NCBI RefSeq assembly: GCF_006345805.1
Contig: NC_043014.1
Location: 8,122,001-8,186,000 of the forward strand
Reading direction: 5' to 3'
Length of the DNA: 64,000 nt
From: Octopus sinensis
Lineage: Eukaryota
Shown here: in pieces, positions 1 to 13,304 of the stretch
How positions within the stretch are numbered: the first letter of the stretch is position 1
Layout of the letters: each line of letters begins with the position of its first letter
Translations under genes and position numbers: made by a program
The notes under the pieces: generated by a model
What the model was told of the DNA's origin: nothing
Databases searched by the model: none
What the model saw: the letters and a program-made list of their open reading frames with translations, nothing else

Positions 1-230
1 TAAATTTAAAGGTGAGTGTACATGTATTTCCTTGATGTTAGTTATGGAACTAGGAGTCCAATATGGAAAATAACTGTGTTTGTTAAAGTATACTGATATA
101 TTTTGTTTATATTGTATTATTGTATTAATGTGTATATATATATGTGTAGTATTATGAGTGTCTATGCACACATTTTTATATTTTATATTTTTATATTTAT
201 ATGTAAATTTTTTTCACACTTATATTAAAT

Positions 231-341
231 TCTCTGAAGAGGCCGTGAGACATCCTTGTTAATGTCTCATTTATACCTGCTTTATATGGCTAATAGGTTA
301 AATGAGACATACTTGTCTTCACGGCCGAAACAGCTGTCAGA
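231..341 (+). ncRNA. Type I hammerhead ribozyme motif in a Penelope-type pLTR remnant (about 1-510)
   Basis: CTGAAGA 234-240, stem II GGCCGTGA/TCACGGCC, GAAA 327-330, palindromic stem III ACAGCTGT, GTC triplet; stem I only TCT/AGA. Confidence 0.7.
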
Positions 342-736
342 TATGATGTAATTGTATTTTATATTTCTATTTCCATGTCTAGTTATATTTGCAATATATT
401 ATGTATAATGTCATTGCTGTTATGTAATGGTGTAATAAAGTATTGATTGGGTATTATCTGATGGTTGATGATTGATTAATTTAAGTATGTTTCTCCATTT
501 TCTCATTTTGTATATATATATATATATCCTCGGTATGACTTTAAACTGTTATTCAATTGGAGAGCAGGGACGCAGGAATATTGCTTATATATACATGCTA
601 GCAGTGTATGTGTATGCATATGTATATATCTGAGTGTGAGACCGAGTATGTAGCTTATGTATGCTTACATACGTAGCTATCCCCAACGCTTGCAAATAAT
701 CTCAGATCAGATTTTCACTAATATAAGATAATTTTG

Positions 737-1132
737 AGGAAGTAAGTAGTTTGTTTACCAGCCACATTGTTCCGGGTTCAGTCCCACTGCGTAGCACCTT
801 GGGCAAGTGTCTTCTACTATAGCCTCAGGCCGACCAAAGCCTTGTGAGTGGATTTGGTAGACGGAAACTGAAAGAAGCCCGTCGTATATATGTCTATTTA
901 TATATATATATGTTTGTGTGTCTGTGTTTGTCCCCCTAGCATTGCTTGACAACCGATGCTGGTGTGTTTACGCCCCCGTTACTTAGCGGTTCGGCAAAAA
1001 GAGACCGATTGAATAAGTACTGGGCTTACAAAAGAATAAGTCCCGAGGTCGAGTTGCTCGATTAAAGGCGGTGCTCCAGCATGGCCGCAGTCAAATGCCT
1101 GAAACAAGTAAAAGAGTAAAAGAGTAAAGAGA
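737..1132 (+). mobile_element. tRNA-derived SINE family A (other copies about 1763-2215 -, 4555-4685 +, 5203-5562 +, 25140-25552 -, 30437-30840 +, 32233-32775 -, 35258-35660 -, 48405-48793 +, 56717-56921 +, 63700-63820 -)
   Basis: Many near-identical dispersed copies; B-box-like GGTTCAGTCCC, internal TA/CA microsatellite, (TAAAAGAG)n tail. Confidence 0.85.
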
Positions 1133-1986
1133 GAATTTCTTGAACTTATTTTCCATTAAATTTGACTGTTACTGAAATTTCCCATTAGCATTTTGTTGCT
1201 TTTTGAGAATTCTTCATTCATCACTCCGTAACATATTTATCTATATTCATATCATCGATCGACTTGTATAAATTTCTTACTTTGTTATATACGTATGTGT
1301 GCGTGCTTGCATAGGTATGTGTATGTGCGCGCGTGTGAATGGAGTACGTGCGTGTGCGTGTTTGTGTGTGTGTGACTGCGTGTGTTTCCGTGTCTGCGTG
1401 ATGCATATGTGTGCGTGACGCATATGTGTGCGCGTAGGTATGTGTGTGTGTGACGCATATGTGTGTGTGTGACGCATATGTGTGCGTGTGTGTGTGAGTG
1501 TGTACATGTGTACTTTTGAATTTACATTCGAGTGTCTTGATAAGCGCCGAAGCAAAACTCACCAATGTATGTGAGCTTTTGTATGACTCCTTTTGTCTAT
1601 CTGCTTGAGAGCAGAAGACTCTTGTCTGTGTGTGATGAATATATGTATGTGTGCGTCTCATAAACGTGTGTGCGTGCGCGCGCGTGTGCAGGTTTCATGT
1701 ATTTGTGTACTTTTGACTTTTCTACGCAAGACTGATCTGCAATGAAGTGTAACTCTTTATATACTCTTTTACTCTTGTACTTGTTTCAGTCATTATTTGA
1801 CTGCGGCCATGCTGGAGCACCGCCTTTAGTCTAGCAAATCGACAACGGGACTTATTCTTTATAAGCCCAGTACTTATTCTATCGGTCTCTTTTGCTGAAC
1901 CGCTAAGTGACGGGGACGTAAACACACCAGCATCGGTTGTCAAGCAATGCTCGGGGGACAAACACAGACACACAAACACAAACACA

Positions 1987-2068
<82 letters not shown>

Positions 2069-2212
2069 TACGACAGGTTTCTTTCAGTTTCTGTCTACCA
2101 AATCCACTCACAAAGCATTGGTCGGCCCGGGGCTATAGCAGAAGACACTTGCCCAAGATGCCACGCAGTAGGACTGAACCGGAACCATGTTGTTGGTTAG
2201 AAAGCTACTTAC

Positions 2213-2251
<39 letters not shown>

Positions 2252-2290
2252 TATATATATATTATATATATATATGTATGTATGTATGTA

Positions 2291-2391
<101 letters not shown>

Positions 2392-2689
2392 TATTAGGGT
2401 ATAAGAATTATAGAAATGTTTTATTACCAGTGGCCTAGCGCAAAACATTTAGTCAATAGACTATATATTATTCATATAAAATATCGGAGACTTTCTTATG
2501 ATGGAAGCCTCTTAATGTGTTTTAATGTACACGATATTATATATATATATATATATATATCTTTATACACACATATAAACGTACATGCATAAACACTTAC
2601 ATATATATAAACATGCATACATATATACATACATACATTCATACATAAGAACGTACGTGCATAGATGCACATACATGTATATAAATGTA

Positions 2690-3604
2690 CTAGCAGTATC
2701 GCCCGGCGTTGCTCGGGTTTGTAAGGGAAATAACTATATAAGCATTTTTAGAGAGTTATAGCCAAAAATTAGCAAAAAAATGCATTAAAAGTGGGAAAAA
2801 AATGATGGTAAATTTTTTTTTACATCGTTGACTCATCGTAGACATTTTTAGAGAGTTACTTCCCTTATATAATAGCGAAAAAAATGCATTAAAATGGTAA
2901 AAAATTATGGTAAATTTTTTTTTAAATCGTAGACTCATCGTAGACGCGTGCTAATACCCAGAAGGGCTTGATATGAATCACGACTATAAGATACCCGGTT
3001 TTGGTTAAACTGCACCGCAAAATGTGGGAGTAGTTAGGAATCTAAATCGCAGGAGACAGACACCACACAACTTCTCTTTTATATATAAAGACTAGCAGTA
3101 TCGCCCGGCGTTGCTCGGGTTTGTAAGGGAAATAACTATATAAGCATTTTTAGAGAGTTACTTCCCTTATAGATGCCAATTCGGGCTTTCTTAGCCATTT
3201 CTGTTTTGGTGTCTTCAAGCCATGAAGTCGTTGTTCTAAAAGAACGCTGGTCTCCTTGACAACGCATTACGACGTTGATTTCCTTAAACTCCCTTCCCCA
3301 CAGCTTCACGAGGGAGGGAAGAAGGGGTAGAAGCAAACACAGGTGCAGGTGTTTGAGCGTGGACGCCAACTCCGCCGCCATCGACACACGAAAAATTATG
3401 CATTAAAATGGAATAAAAAATGATGTTAAATTATTTTTAAAATCGTAGACTCATCGTAGACGCGCGCTAATACCCAGACGGGCTTGATATGAATCACGAC
3501 TATAAGATACCCGAATTTGGTTAAACTGCACCGCAAAATGTGGGAGGAGTTAGGAATCTAAATCGGAGGAGACAGACACTCACACAACTACAGTTTTATA
3601 TAGA
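2690..3604 (-). mobile_element. Two abutting non-autonomous Helitrons (2690-3091 and 3092-3604)
   Basis: Each has 5'-TC, subterminal hairpin CCCGAGCAACGCCGGG and 3'-CTAG; host A/T flanks, no TSD. Confidence 0.85.
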
Positions 3605-3850
3605 TATGCGTAAACAAATTCTTAAACAAACGTGTATTTGAATGTATCAAAGCGAATGGTTAAATTGTTGAGCACACGACCATACAATTAGGTGTATTTC
3701 TGAAGTACATGTTCTTCATTATACTTCTTGCAGCTAAGAAATAAATATTTATGCTCTACTTGCTTCTGTAAATTTATGGCTAATTAATTATTGTATACAC
3801 CCTGTTAATTTATGCAGTTATTAAGCTAATGTATTTATGTGCGTGTATCA

Positions 3851-3886
<36 letters not shown>

Positions 3887-4124
3887 CTATTCATTCTTAA
3901 TATATGTGTATGCGTGTGTGCGTATGTATGTGTGTGTGTTGTAAAATAATTGTGATTTATACCTTGTAGTATTCCGTTTAAAGCCTGTTCACCGTATTCG
4001 GCTACCTAATGTCATCTCCTGTATGAATATAAATGCCACTGGATTTATTTCAGGAATTCCTTCGTGTCCGTAGAATTTATAACACATGAGAGAAAGAGAA
4101 AGAAAATTTACGAGGTTCTTTATT

Positions 4125-4232
4125 AATCACTACGATCGTTTCGGCACATCGTGCATCGGTCCCTCGGGCGTGAGATTCGGTACAAATAGTTGTGGTGCAT
4201 CATTCGGGGGAGATGTGCCTCGTCAAATGATT
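4125..4232 (-). ncRNA. Hammerhead ribozyme motif, C3U variant
   Basis: AATCAT-TTGACGA-GGCACATC...GATGTGCC-GAAA-CGATCG-TA-GTGATT on the minus strand. Confidence 0.65.
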
Positions 4233-4785
4233 TGTTAAAAAGTGCTTCGATCTTTCTTCTCTGTATCGCCTATTTTGAAATGATAAACCAACCATGGAAA
4301 CAGTAAACCAGCCATGGAAGCATTAAACCTGTTAAGGAATAAACAGAAAACAACATACAAAGCACACAATAGGACGTTCAAGCAAACTCTAAACGACTAT
4401 TGAATTTTATAAAGTAAATATATATATAGATATACAAACACATGCCCATACATACATATATAAAACACATTCCCCCATTATAACCTCCAGCAGACACCGT
4501 TATCCGCCGACTGGCCAATGCATGTGTCCAGAGGAAACGACTCACAAATGAAAATTAGCGGTTCGGCAAAAGAGACCGATAGAATTAGTACTAGGCTTAC
4601 AAAGAATAAGTCCTGGGGTCGATTTGCTCGACTAAAGGTGGTGCGCCAGTTAGATGACTGCAACAAGTAAAAGAGTAAAAGAGTAATATATATATGTATA
4701 TATATAGAAGTATATGCATATATGTGCGTATATGTATATGCATATATATATATGTGCGTGTGTATATGCATACATATATATGTCA

Positions 4786-4818
<33 letters not shown>

Positions 4819-4876
4819 ATATATATATGCATATATATATATATATATATATATGTATACATATTATACATATATA

Positions 4877-4915
<39 letters not shown>

Positions 4916-4996
4916 TGTGTGTGTGTATATGTTTATACATATATAAAAATATATATATAGATATATATACATATGTCTATATATACATATATATTT

Positions 4997-5030
<34 letters not shown>

Positions 5031-5562
5031 GTACATATATATATATATATGCATCAAATGAAATAAAAAAAAACAGAACACAAGGGATGACACGTTACAC
5101 GTGTTTCAAGCTTTATAAAACAACCTATTCTTGTATCAATGTGTAATCGACATAACAGATGGTTTAAATATATATATACATGTACATCTATATATACATA
5201 TAGCGTAGATGTGTGTTAAGAAGCTAGCTACCCACCCATATGGTCGTGGGTTCAGTCCCACTGCGTAGCACCTTGAGCAAGTGTCTTCTACTATAGCCAT
5301 CACCTGACCAAAGCCATGTCTATCCTATATGTATATGTGTGTGTGTGTGTGTATTTGTGCCTGTATTTGTTCCTCCACGATCGCTTAAAAACCAATGTTG
5401 GCGTGTTTACGCCCCTGTAACTTGGCGGTTCGGCATAAAATATCGATAGAATAAGCCCCGGGCTTACAAAGAATAAGTCCATGGGTCAATTTCTTCAACT
5501 AAAAGGCCGTACTTCAGCATGGCCACACTCAAATGTCTAAAACAAGTAACAGAATAAAAAGT

Positions 5563-5598
<36 letters not shown>

Positions 5599-5620
5599 GT
5601 ATATATATATATATATATAT

Positions 5621-8600
5621 ATCCGTAATAATGAAGGGTGAAATTAATTAATTTGGAAAAATTATCAATTACACCAAGTAGTCTTCGGCATGTAAAAGCC
5701 TCATTCGAGGAAAATTTAAGTAATACTAAGCAATAAGGGTTTAGCAACGAGTTGCCTTACCACATACCGAATTTAGAAATAGCAGTCAAAGGGTTATAGC
5801 TATTTCTTCTACTAAAAAGGGAGATCTCAGTAAAAACAGCATTTGGAAGGCAGACACAAACAGGTAAGAGAGAATGAATTGACTGCAATCTATCATACAT
5901 TTTTTTAGTTATCCACGGACGTACGTTTCGAAATCAAGTTTTTAGGAAAGCATAAGAATTAAATATTAAATATTAAATAATTCTATCTTACCGAAACTTC
6001 TTTTCTCTTCAGCGTAGAATACTATAATCATAAATGATTATATATTGAATTTTGAGATACCAGAAGGCACCAACTCAACTCAGTATCAGAGCGAGCTAGA
6101 ATCCGCAACTGGTATCACCGAATTCAATTTGTGAATGAAACGATTGTGTCAACAGCCCCCTCCCACCCGCGTGTAGCCAAAACAAGATGCTGTGGTCATC
6201 TACTGAGATAAAATATGGTTATCCGTAATAATGAAGGGTGAAATTAATTAATTTGGAAAAATTATCAATTACACCAAGTAGTCTTCGGCATGTAAAAGCC
6301 TCATTCGAGGAAAATTTAAGTAATACTAAGCAATAAGGGTTAGCAACGAGTTGCCTTACCACATACCGAATTTAGAAATAGCAGTCAAAGGGTTATAGCT
6401 ATTTCTCTACTAAAAAGGGAGATCTCAGTAAAAACAGCATTTGGAAGGCAGACACAAACAGGTAAGAGAGAATGAATTGACTGCAATCTATCATACATTT
6501 TTTTAGTTATCCACGGACGTACGTTTCGAAATCAAGTTTTTAGGAAAGCATAAGATTAAATATTAAATATTATAATTCTATCTTACCGAAACTTCTTTTC
6601 TCTTCAGCGTAGAATACTATAATCATAAATGATTATATATTGAATTTTGAGATACCAGAGGCACCAACTCAACTCAGTATCAGAGCGAGCTAGAATCCGC
6701 AACTGGTATCACCGAATTCAATTTGTGAATGAAACGATTGTGTCAACAGCCCCCTCCCACCCGCGTGTAGCCAAAACAAGATGCTGTGTCATCTACTGAG
6801 ATAAAATATGGTTATCCGTAATAATGAAGGGTGAAATTAATTAATTTGGAAAAATTATCAATTACACCAAGTAGTCTTCGCAGGTAAAGCCTCATTCGAG
6901 GAAAATTTAAGTATACTAAGCAATAAGGGTTTAGCAACGAGTTGCCTTACCACATACCGAATTAGAAATAGCAGTCAAAGGGTTATAGCTATTTCTTCTA
7001 CTAAAAAGGGAGATCTCAGTAAAAACAGCATTTGGAAGGCAGACACAAACAGGTAAGAGAGAATGAATTGACTGCAATCTATCATACATTTTTTTAGTTC
7101 CACGGTTAGTAGTTACGTACGTTTCGAAATCAAGTTTTTAGGAAAGCATAAGAATTAAAATTAAATATTAAATAATTCTATCTTACCGAAACTTTTTCTC
7201 TTCAGCGTAGAATACTATAATCATAAATGATTATATATTGAATTTTGAGATACCAGAAGGCACCAACTCAACTCAGTATCAGAGCGAGCTAGAATCCGCA
7301 ACTGGTATCACCGAATTCAATTTGTGAATGAAACGATTGTGTCAACAGCCCCCTCCCACCCGCGTGTAGCCAAAACAAGATGCTGTGGTCATCTACTGAG
7401 ATAAAATATGGTTATCCGTAATAATGAAGGGTGAAATTAATTAATTTGGAAAAATTATCAATTACACCAAGTAGTCTTCGGCATGTAAAAGCCTCATTCG
7501 AGGAAAATTTAAGTAATACTAAGCAATAAGGGTTTAGCAACGAGTTGCCTTACCACATACCGAATTAGAAATAGCAGTCAAAGGGTTATAGCTATTTCTT
7601 CTACTAAAAAGGGAGATCTCAGTAAAAACAGCATTTGGAAGGCAGACACAAACAGGTAAGAGAGAATGAATTGACTGCAATCTATCACACATTTTTTTAG
7701 TTATCCACGGACGTACTTTTCGAAATCAAGTTTTTAGGAAAGCATAAGAATTAAATATTAAATATTAAATAATTCTATCTTACCGAAACTTCTTCTCTTC
7801 AGCGTAGAACATAAATGATTAATATAATGATATATTTGAATTTGATACCAGAAGGCACCAACTCAACTCAGTATCAGAGCGAGCTAGAATCCGCAACTGG
7901 TATCACCGAATTCAATTTGTGAATGAAACGATTGTGTCAACAGCCCCCTCCCACCCGCGTGTAGCCAAAACAAGATGCTGTGGTCATCTACATTTTACTG
8001 AGATCTCCCTTTTTAGTAGAAGAAATAGCTATAACCCTTTGACTGCTATTTCTAAATTCGGTATGTGGTAAGGCAACTCGTTGCTAAACCCTTATTGCTT
8101 AGTATTACTTAAATTTTCCTCGAATGAGGCTTTTACATGCCGAAGACTACTTGGTGTAATGATAATTTTTCCAAATTAATTAATTTCACCCTTCATTATT
8201 ACGGATAACCATTTTATCTCAGTAGATGACCACAGCATCTTGTTTTGGCTACACGCGGGTGGGAGGGGGCTGTTGACACAATCGTTTCATTCACAAATTG
8301 AATTCGGTGATACCAGTTGCGGATTCTAGCTCGCTCTGATACGAGTTGAGTTGGTGCCTTCTGGTATCTCAAAATTCAATATATAATCATTTATGATTAT
8401 AGTATTCTACGCTGAAGAGAAAAGAAGTTTCGGTAAGAGATAGAATTATTTAATATTTAATATTTAATTCTTATGCTTTCCTAAAAACTTGATTTCGAAA
8501 CGTACGTCCGTGGATAACTAAAAAAATGTGTGATAGATTGCAGTCAATTCATTCTCTCTTACCTGTTGTGTCTGCCTTCCAAATGCTGTTTTTACTGAGA

Positions 8601-11072
8601 TCTCCCTTTTTAGTAGAAGAAATAGCTATAACCTTTGACTGCTATTCTAAATTCGGTATGTGGTAAGGCAACTCGTTGCTAAACCCTTATTGCTTAGTAT
8701 TACTTAAATTTTCCTCGAATGAGGCTTTTACATGCCGAAGACTACTTGGTGTAATTGATATTTTTCCAAATTAATTAATTTCACCCTTCATTATTACGGA
8801 TAACCATATTTTATCTCAGTAGATGACCACAGCATCTGTTTTGGCTACACGCGGGTGGGAGGGGCTGTTGACACAATCGTTTCATTCACAAATTGAATCG
8901 TGATACCAGTTGCGGATTCTAGCTCGCTCTGATACTGAGTTGAGTTGGTGCCTTCTGGTATCTCAAAATTCAATATATAATCATTTATGATTATAGTATT
9001 CTACGCTGAAGAGAAAAGAAGTTTCGGTAAGATAGAATTATTTAATATTTAATATTTAATTCTTATGCTTCCTAAAAACTTGATTCGAAACGTACGTCCG
9101 TGGATAACTAAAAAAATGTATGATAGATTGCAGTCAATTCATTCTCTCTTACCTGTTTGTGTCTGCCTTCAAATGCTGTTTTTACTGAGATCTCCCTTTT
9201 TAGTAGAAGAAATAGCTATAACCCTTTGACTGCTATTTCTAAATTCGGTATGTGGTAAGGCAACTCGTTGCTAAACCTTATTGCTTAGTATTACTTAAAT
9301 TTTCCTCGAATGAGGCTTTTACATGCCGAAGACTACTTGGTGTAATTGATAATTTTTCCAAATTAATTATTTCACCCTTCATTATTACGGATAACCATAT
9401 TTTATCTCAGTAGATGACCACAGCATTCTTGTTGGCTATACGCGGGTGGGAGGGGGCTGTTGACACAATCGTTTCATTCACAAATTGAATTCGGTGATAC
9501 CAGTTGCGGATTCTAGCTCGCTCTGATACTGAGTTGAGTTGGTGCCTTCTGGTATCTCAAAATTCAATATATAATCATTTATGATTATAGTATTCTACGC
9601 TGAAGAGAAAAGAAGTTTCGGTAAGATAGAATTATTTAATATTTAATATTTAATTCTTATGCTTTCCTAAAAACTTGATTTCGAAACGTACGTCCGTGGA
9701 TAACTAAAAAAATGTATGATAGATTGCAGTCAATTCATTCTCTCTTACCTGTTTGTGTCTGCCTTCCAAATGCTGTTTTTACTGAGATCTCCCTTTTTAG
9801 TAGAAGAAATAGCTATAACCCTTTGACTGCTATTTCTAAATTCGGTATGTGGTAAGGCAACTCGTTGCTAACCCTTATTGCTTAGTATTACTTAAATTTT
9901 CCTCGAATGAGGCTTTTACATGCCGAAGACTACTTGGTGTAATTGATAATTTTTCCAAATTAATTAATTTCACCTTCATTATTACGGATAACCCATTTTA
10001 TCTCAGTAGATGACCACAGCATCTTGTTTTGGCTACACGCGGGTGGGAGGGGGCTGTTGACACAATCGTTTCATTCACAAATTGAATTCGGTGATACCAG
10101 TTGCGGATTCTAGCTCGCTCTGATACTGAGTTGAGTTGGTGCCTTCTGGTATCTCAAAATTCAATATATAATCATTTATGATTATAGTATTCTACGCTGA
10201 AGAGAAAAGAAGTTTCGGTAAGATAGAATATTTAATATTAATATTTAATTCTTATGCTTTCCTAAAAACTTGATTTCGAAACGTACGTCCGTGGATAACT
10301 AAAAAAATGTATGATAGATTGCAGTCAATTCATTCTCTTTACCTGTTTGTGTCTGCCTTCCAAATGCTGTTTTTACTGAGATCTCCTTTTTAGTAGAAGA
10401 AAAATAGCTAAACCCTTTGACTGCTATTTCTAAATTCGGTATGTGGTAAGGCAACTCGTTGCTAAACCCTATTGCTTAGTATTACTTAAATTTTCCTCGA
10501 ATGAGGCTTTTACATGCCGAAGACTACTTGGTGTAATGATAATTTTCAAAATTAATTAATTTCACCCTTCATTATTACGGATAACCATATTTTATCTCAG
10601 TAGATGACCACAGCATCTTGTTTTGGCTACACGCGTGGGGAGGGGGCTGTGTTGACACAATCGTTTCATTCACAAATGAATTCGGTGATACCAGTTGCGG
10701 ATTCTAGCTCGCTCTGATACTGAGTTGAGTTGGTGCCTTCTGGTATCTCAAAATTCAATATATAATCATTATGATTATAGTATTCTACGCTGAAGAGAAA
10801 AGTTTCGGTAAGATAGAATTATTTAATATTAATATTTAATTCTTATGCTTTCCTAAAAACTTGATTTCGAAACGTACGTCCGTGGATAACTAAAAAAATG
10901 TATGATAGATTGCAGTCAATTCATTCTCTCTTACCTGTTTGTGTCTGCCTTCCAAATGCTGTTTGTACTGAGATCTCCCTATTTAGTAGAAGAAATAGCT
11001 ATAACCCTTTGACTGCTATTTCTAAATTCGGTATGTGGTAAGGCAACTCGTTGCTAAACCCTTATTGCTTAG

Positions 11073-11075
<3 letters not shown>
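5621..11075. mobile_element. Tandem and inverted array of a ~600 bp hammerhead-bearing Penelope pLTR/retrozyme-like unit (about 4 copies one way, about 5 inverted; switch near 7991)
   Basis: Units start at 5621, 6221, 6814, 7414, followed by reverse-complement copies to 11075; (TA)n at both ends; no coding ORF; hammerhead motif in each full unit. Confidence 0.85.
8403..8516 (+). ncRNA. Type I hammerhead of the array unit (also 8997-9106, 9591-9702, 10188-10297, 10781-10888 on +; 5910-6021, 6508-6616 on -; damaged copies near 7100 and 7702)
   Basis: TATTCTACG-CTGAAGA-long stem II (GAAA/TTTC, AAGTTT/AAACTT, AGAATT/AATTCT)-GAAA-CGTACG-TC-CGTGGATA. Confidence 0.85.
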
Positions 11076-11100
<25 letters not shown>

Positions 11101-11106
<6 letters not shown>

Positions 11107-11320
11107 CTTTACTACCCACAAGGGGTTAAACACAGAGGGGACAAACAAGGACAGAAAAGGGATTAAGCCGATTACATCGACCCCAGTGCGAAACTGGTAC
11201 TTTATTTATCGACCCCGAAAGGATCAAAGGCAAAGTCGACCTCGGCGGAATTTGAACTCAGAACGTAACGACAAACGAAATACCGCTAAGCATTTCGCCC
11301 GGCACGCTAACATTTCTGCC
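11101..11320 (-). mobile_element. SINE family B (other copies about 28836-29048, 33080-33380, 34768-35187, 47531-47751, 50070-50440, 51968-52770, 60980-61200, 62460-62590)
   Basis: Dispersed near-identical copies with B-box-like GAGTTCAAATTCC, often as partial tandems. Confidence 0.8.
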
Positions 11321-11903
11321 ATATATATATGTATGTATGTATACGCACACACACACACACACAGGTGTGTGCGTGAGCGTGTGTGTATATGTGTGTGTGC
11401 GCGCGCGTGTAACGTTTGTTCGTCATTCCCTAAAATATTTTACCATTATCAATTAATGCAATGCCTAGTACCCGATTTCTGTTCCCTCTCTTAATGTCAC
11501 CGTTCTGGGTGCGACACCGTGTGTGCATCTATCTATTTATGTATCTTCACTTCTTTATCACCTTATCTCTCCATTGCCTTTTTTGTCTACTCTTCTCACT
11601 TCATATTAGACGCCCGTTTTCACATTTTAAACAAGTTACCTAACAGGCATTGAATAATACTTCTTAATTTCCCTTCATGCATACTCTAACATATTTAAAT
11701 ATATTATTTTAGCTTTCAATTATTGTTTGAGACATGTCACATTATGTCATTTGCCTCCGTATTACTCATTCTCATTATATTAATGTGCAGTTATGAAATA
11801 TCTGATATGGTGTATGACTTCTTAATTCTTTCTCTACGACGTTTTTGTTTCTCATATTTTTTTTACATGCTATTATTTGGTTTGTAAGTCTGTTTTATAT
11901 AAA

Positions 11904-12496
11904 CTAGCAGTATAACCCGGCGTTGCTCGGGTTTCTTTTCTTTTCGAGCCTTTAGAATTGGAATTTTTGAAAAGTAAAAAGCTTTTTTCTGATTTTGCTA
12001 GAAGGACTCCTGTTCTTAAATTCTGTTGTTCTATCTATTATCATTCTATTATATATAGAACAATAAACAATGGAATTGGAATAAAAATAAAATAAAGGGT
12101 AGAAGCAGTATCGTCCGGCGTTGCTCGGGTTTGTTTTGACCCTTTAGAATTGGAATTTTTGAAAAATAAAAATTTTGCATTGTGTAGCTTGTTATTCTCT
12201 TCAAGTGGACATTTTTCTCGTTGAAATACACAGAAAAATGGCGATACAGCAGTCAAAAAATCGTAAAAAATAGGGATTTTCATAGTAAAAAAGCACCTTT
12301 TTTATGTAAATAATTTTTATTCTTAACATGGTCCGATTTGAATTTTTCTTCTACGGAATGAAGAGCAAGCCTTCTTCTATCACACACTCAAATTTGGTCA
12401 ACTTGCGCCGCAGGGTCTCGGAGGAAATAGTGTTAGTTGAAGGCTACCAAACCTGCCACACACACACACAGACAACTTCAGCATTATATATAAAGA
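11904..12496 (-). mobile_element. Non-autonomous Helitron with internally duplicated 3' end
   Basis: Same terminal hairpin plus CTAG, and 5' TC; second decayed hairpin near 12100-12130. Confidence 0.75.
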
Positions 12497-12589
12497 TATA
12501 TAAACGCAGGACAGTGTGTGTGTGCACGTTTGTGTATGTCTGTGTGAATGAGCATGAATATATATATATATACATATATTTTTGTATAT

Positions 12590-12925
12590 TGAGACCCCCT
12601 TCGGTCATGACTGACCGTGGGATTGCACCTAGAAAGTTACCCTCCCAGGCACAAGTCCAGGCAAGGTTGTTCATGGAAGACCAACAGTCGCCCATGCATG
12701 CCGGCCTTCCCTCTCCACGCCACTGATGTTATCCAAAGGAAAAGCAAAGGCCAATACAGCTTGGCACCTGTGACGTCGCAACTCATTCCTACAGCTGAGT
12801 GAACTGGAGCAAGGTGAAATAAAGTGTCTTGCTCAAGATCACAGCACAGAGCCCGGTCCAGGATTCGAACTCACAACCATACGATCGTCAGCTCGACGCT
12901 CTAGCCATTAAGCCATGCGCCTTCA
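12590..12925 (-). mobile_element. tRNA-derived SINE (distinct family)
   Basis: Head GGCGCATGGCTTAATGG...GAGTTCGAATCC with A/B boxes. Confidence 0.7.
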
Positions 12926-13105
12926 CTTTTTGTATAAATTTGTGTATATTTTTGTATATATTTGTATATATATATATGTGTGTGTGTGTGTGTAGATATA
13001 TATATTTACATATAACATAAACATATATACATATATGTATGCATACATGTATATGTATGCGTTTGTGCATATATATGTGTATATGTATGCGTCTGTATAT
13101 ATGTT

Positions 13106-13158
<53 letters not shown>

Positions 13159-13304
13159 ATGTGTATACATATGAATGTGTATGTTTGTATGTGTTTATAT
13201 GAACAAGTGTGAAACGGTGATGCCATTTTTATGCCTTCCTGCTATCCTGATGTCTGTGTTGATTAATTCACCTAACTAAAAGGATATCCTCCTGGTTTTA
13301 ATTA

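Noticed and set aside
5090-5115. Hammerhead 3' halves (here on minus; also near 49017-49028 on plus)
   Set aside because: GAAA-palindrome-UH present but no recognisable CUGANGA or stems
5621-11075. Array as a pure sequencing or assembly artefact
   Set aside because: The same tandem-plus-inverted layout and termini recur in diverged copies at 49172 and 57230 and the junction is asymmetric; only the copy number remains doubtful
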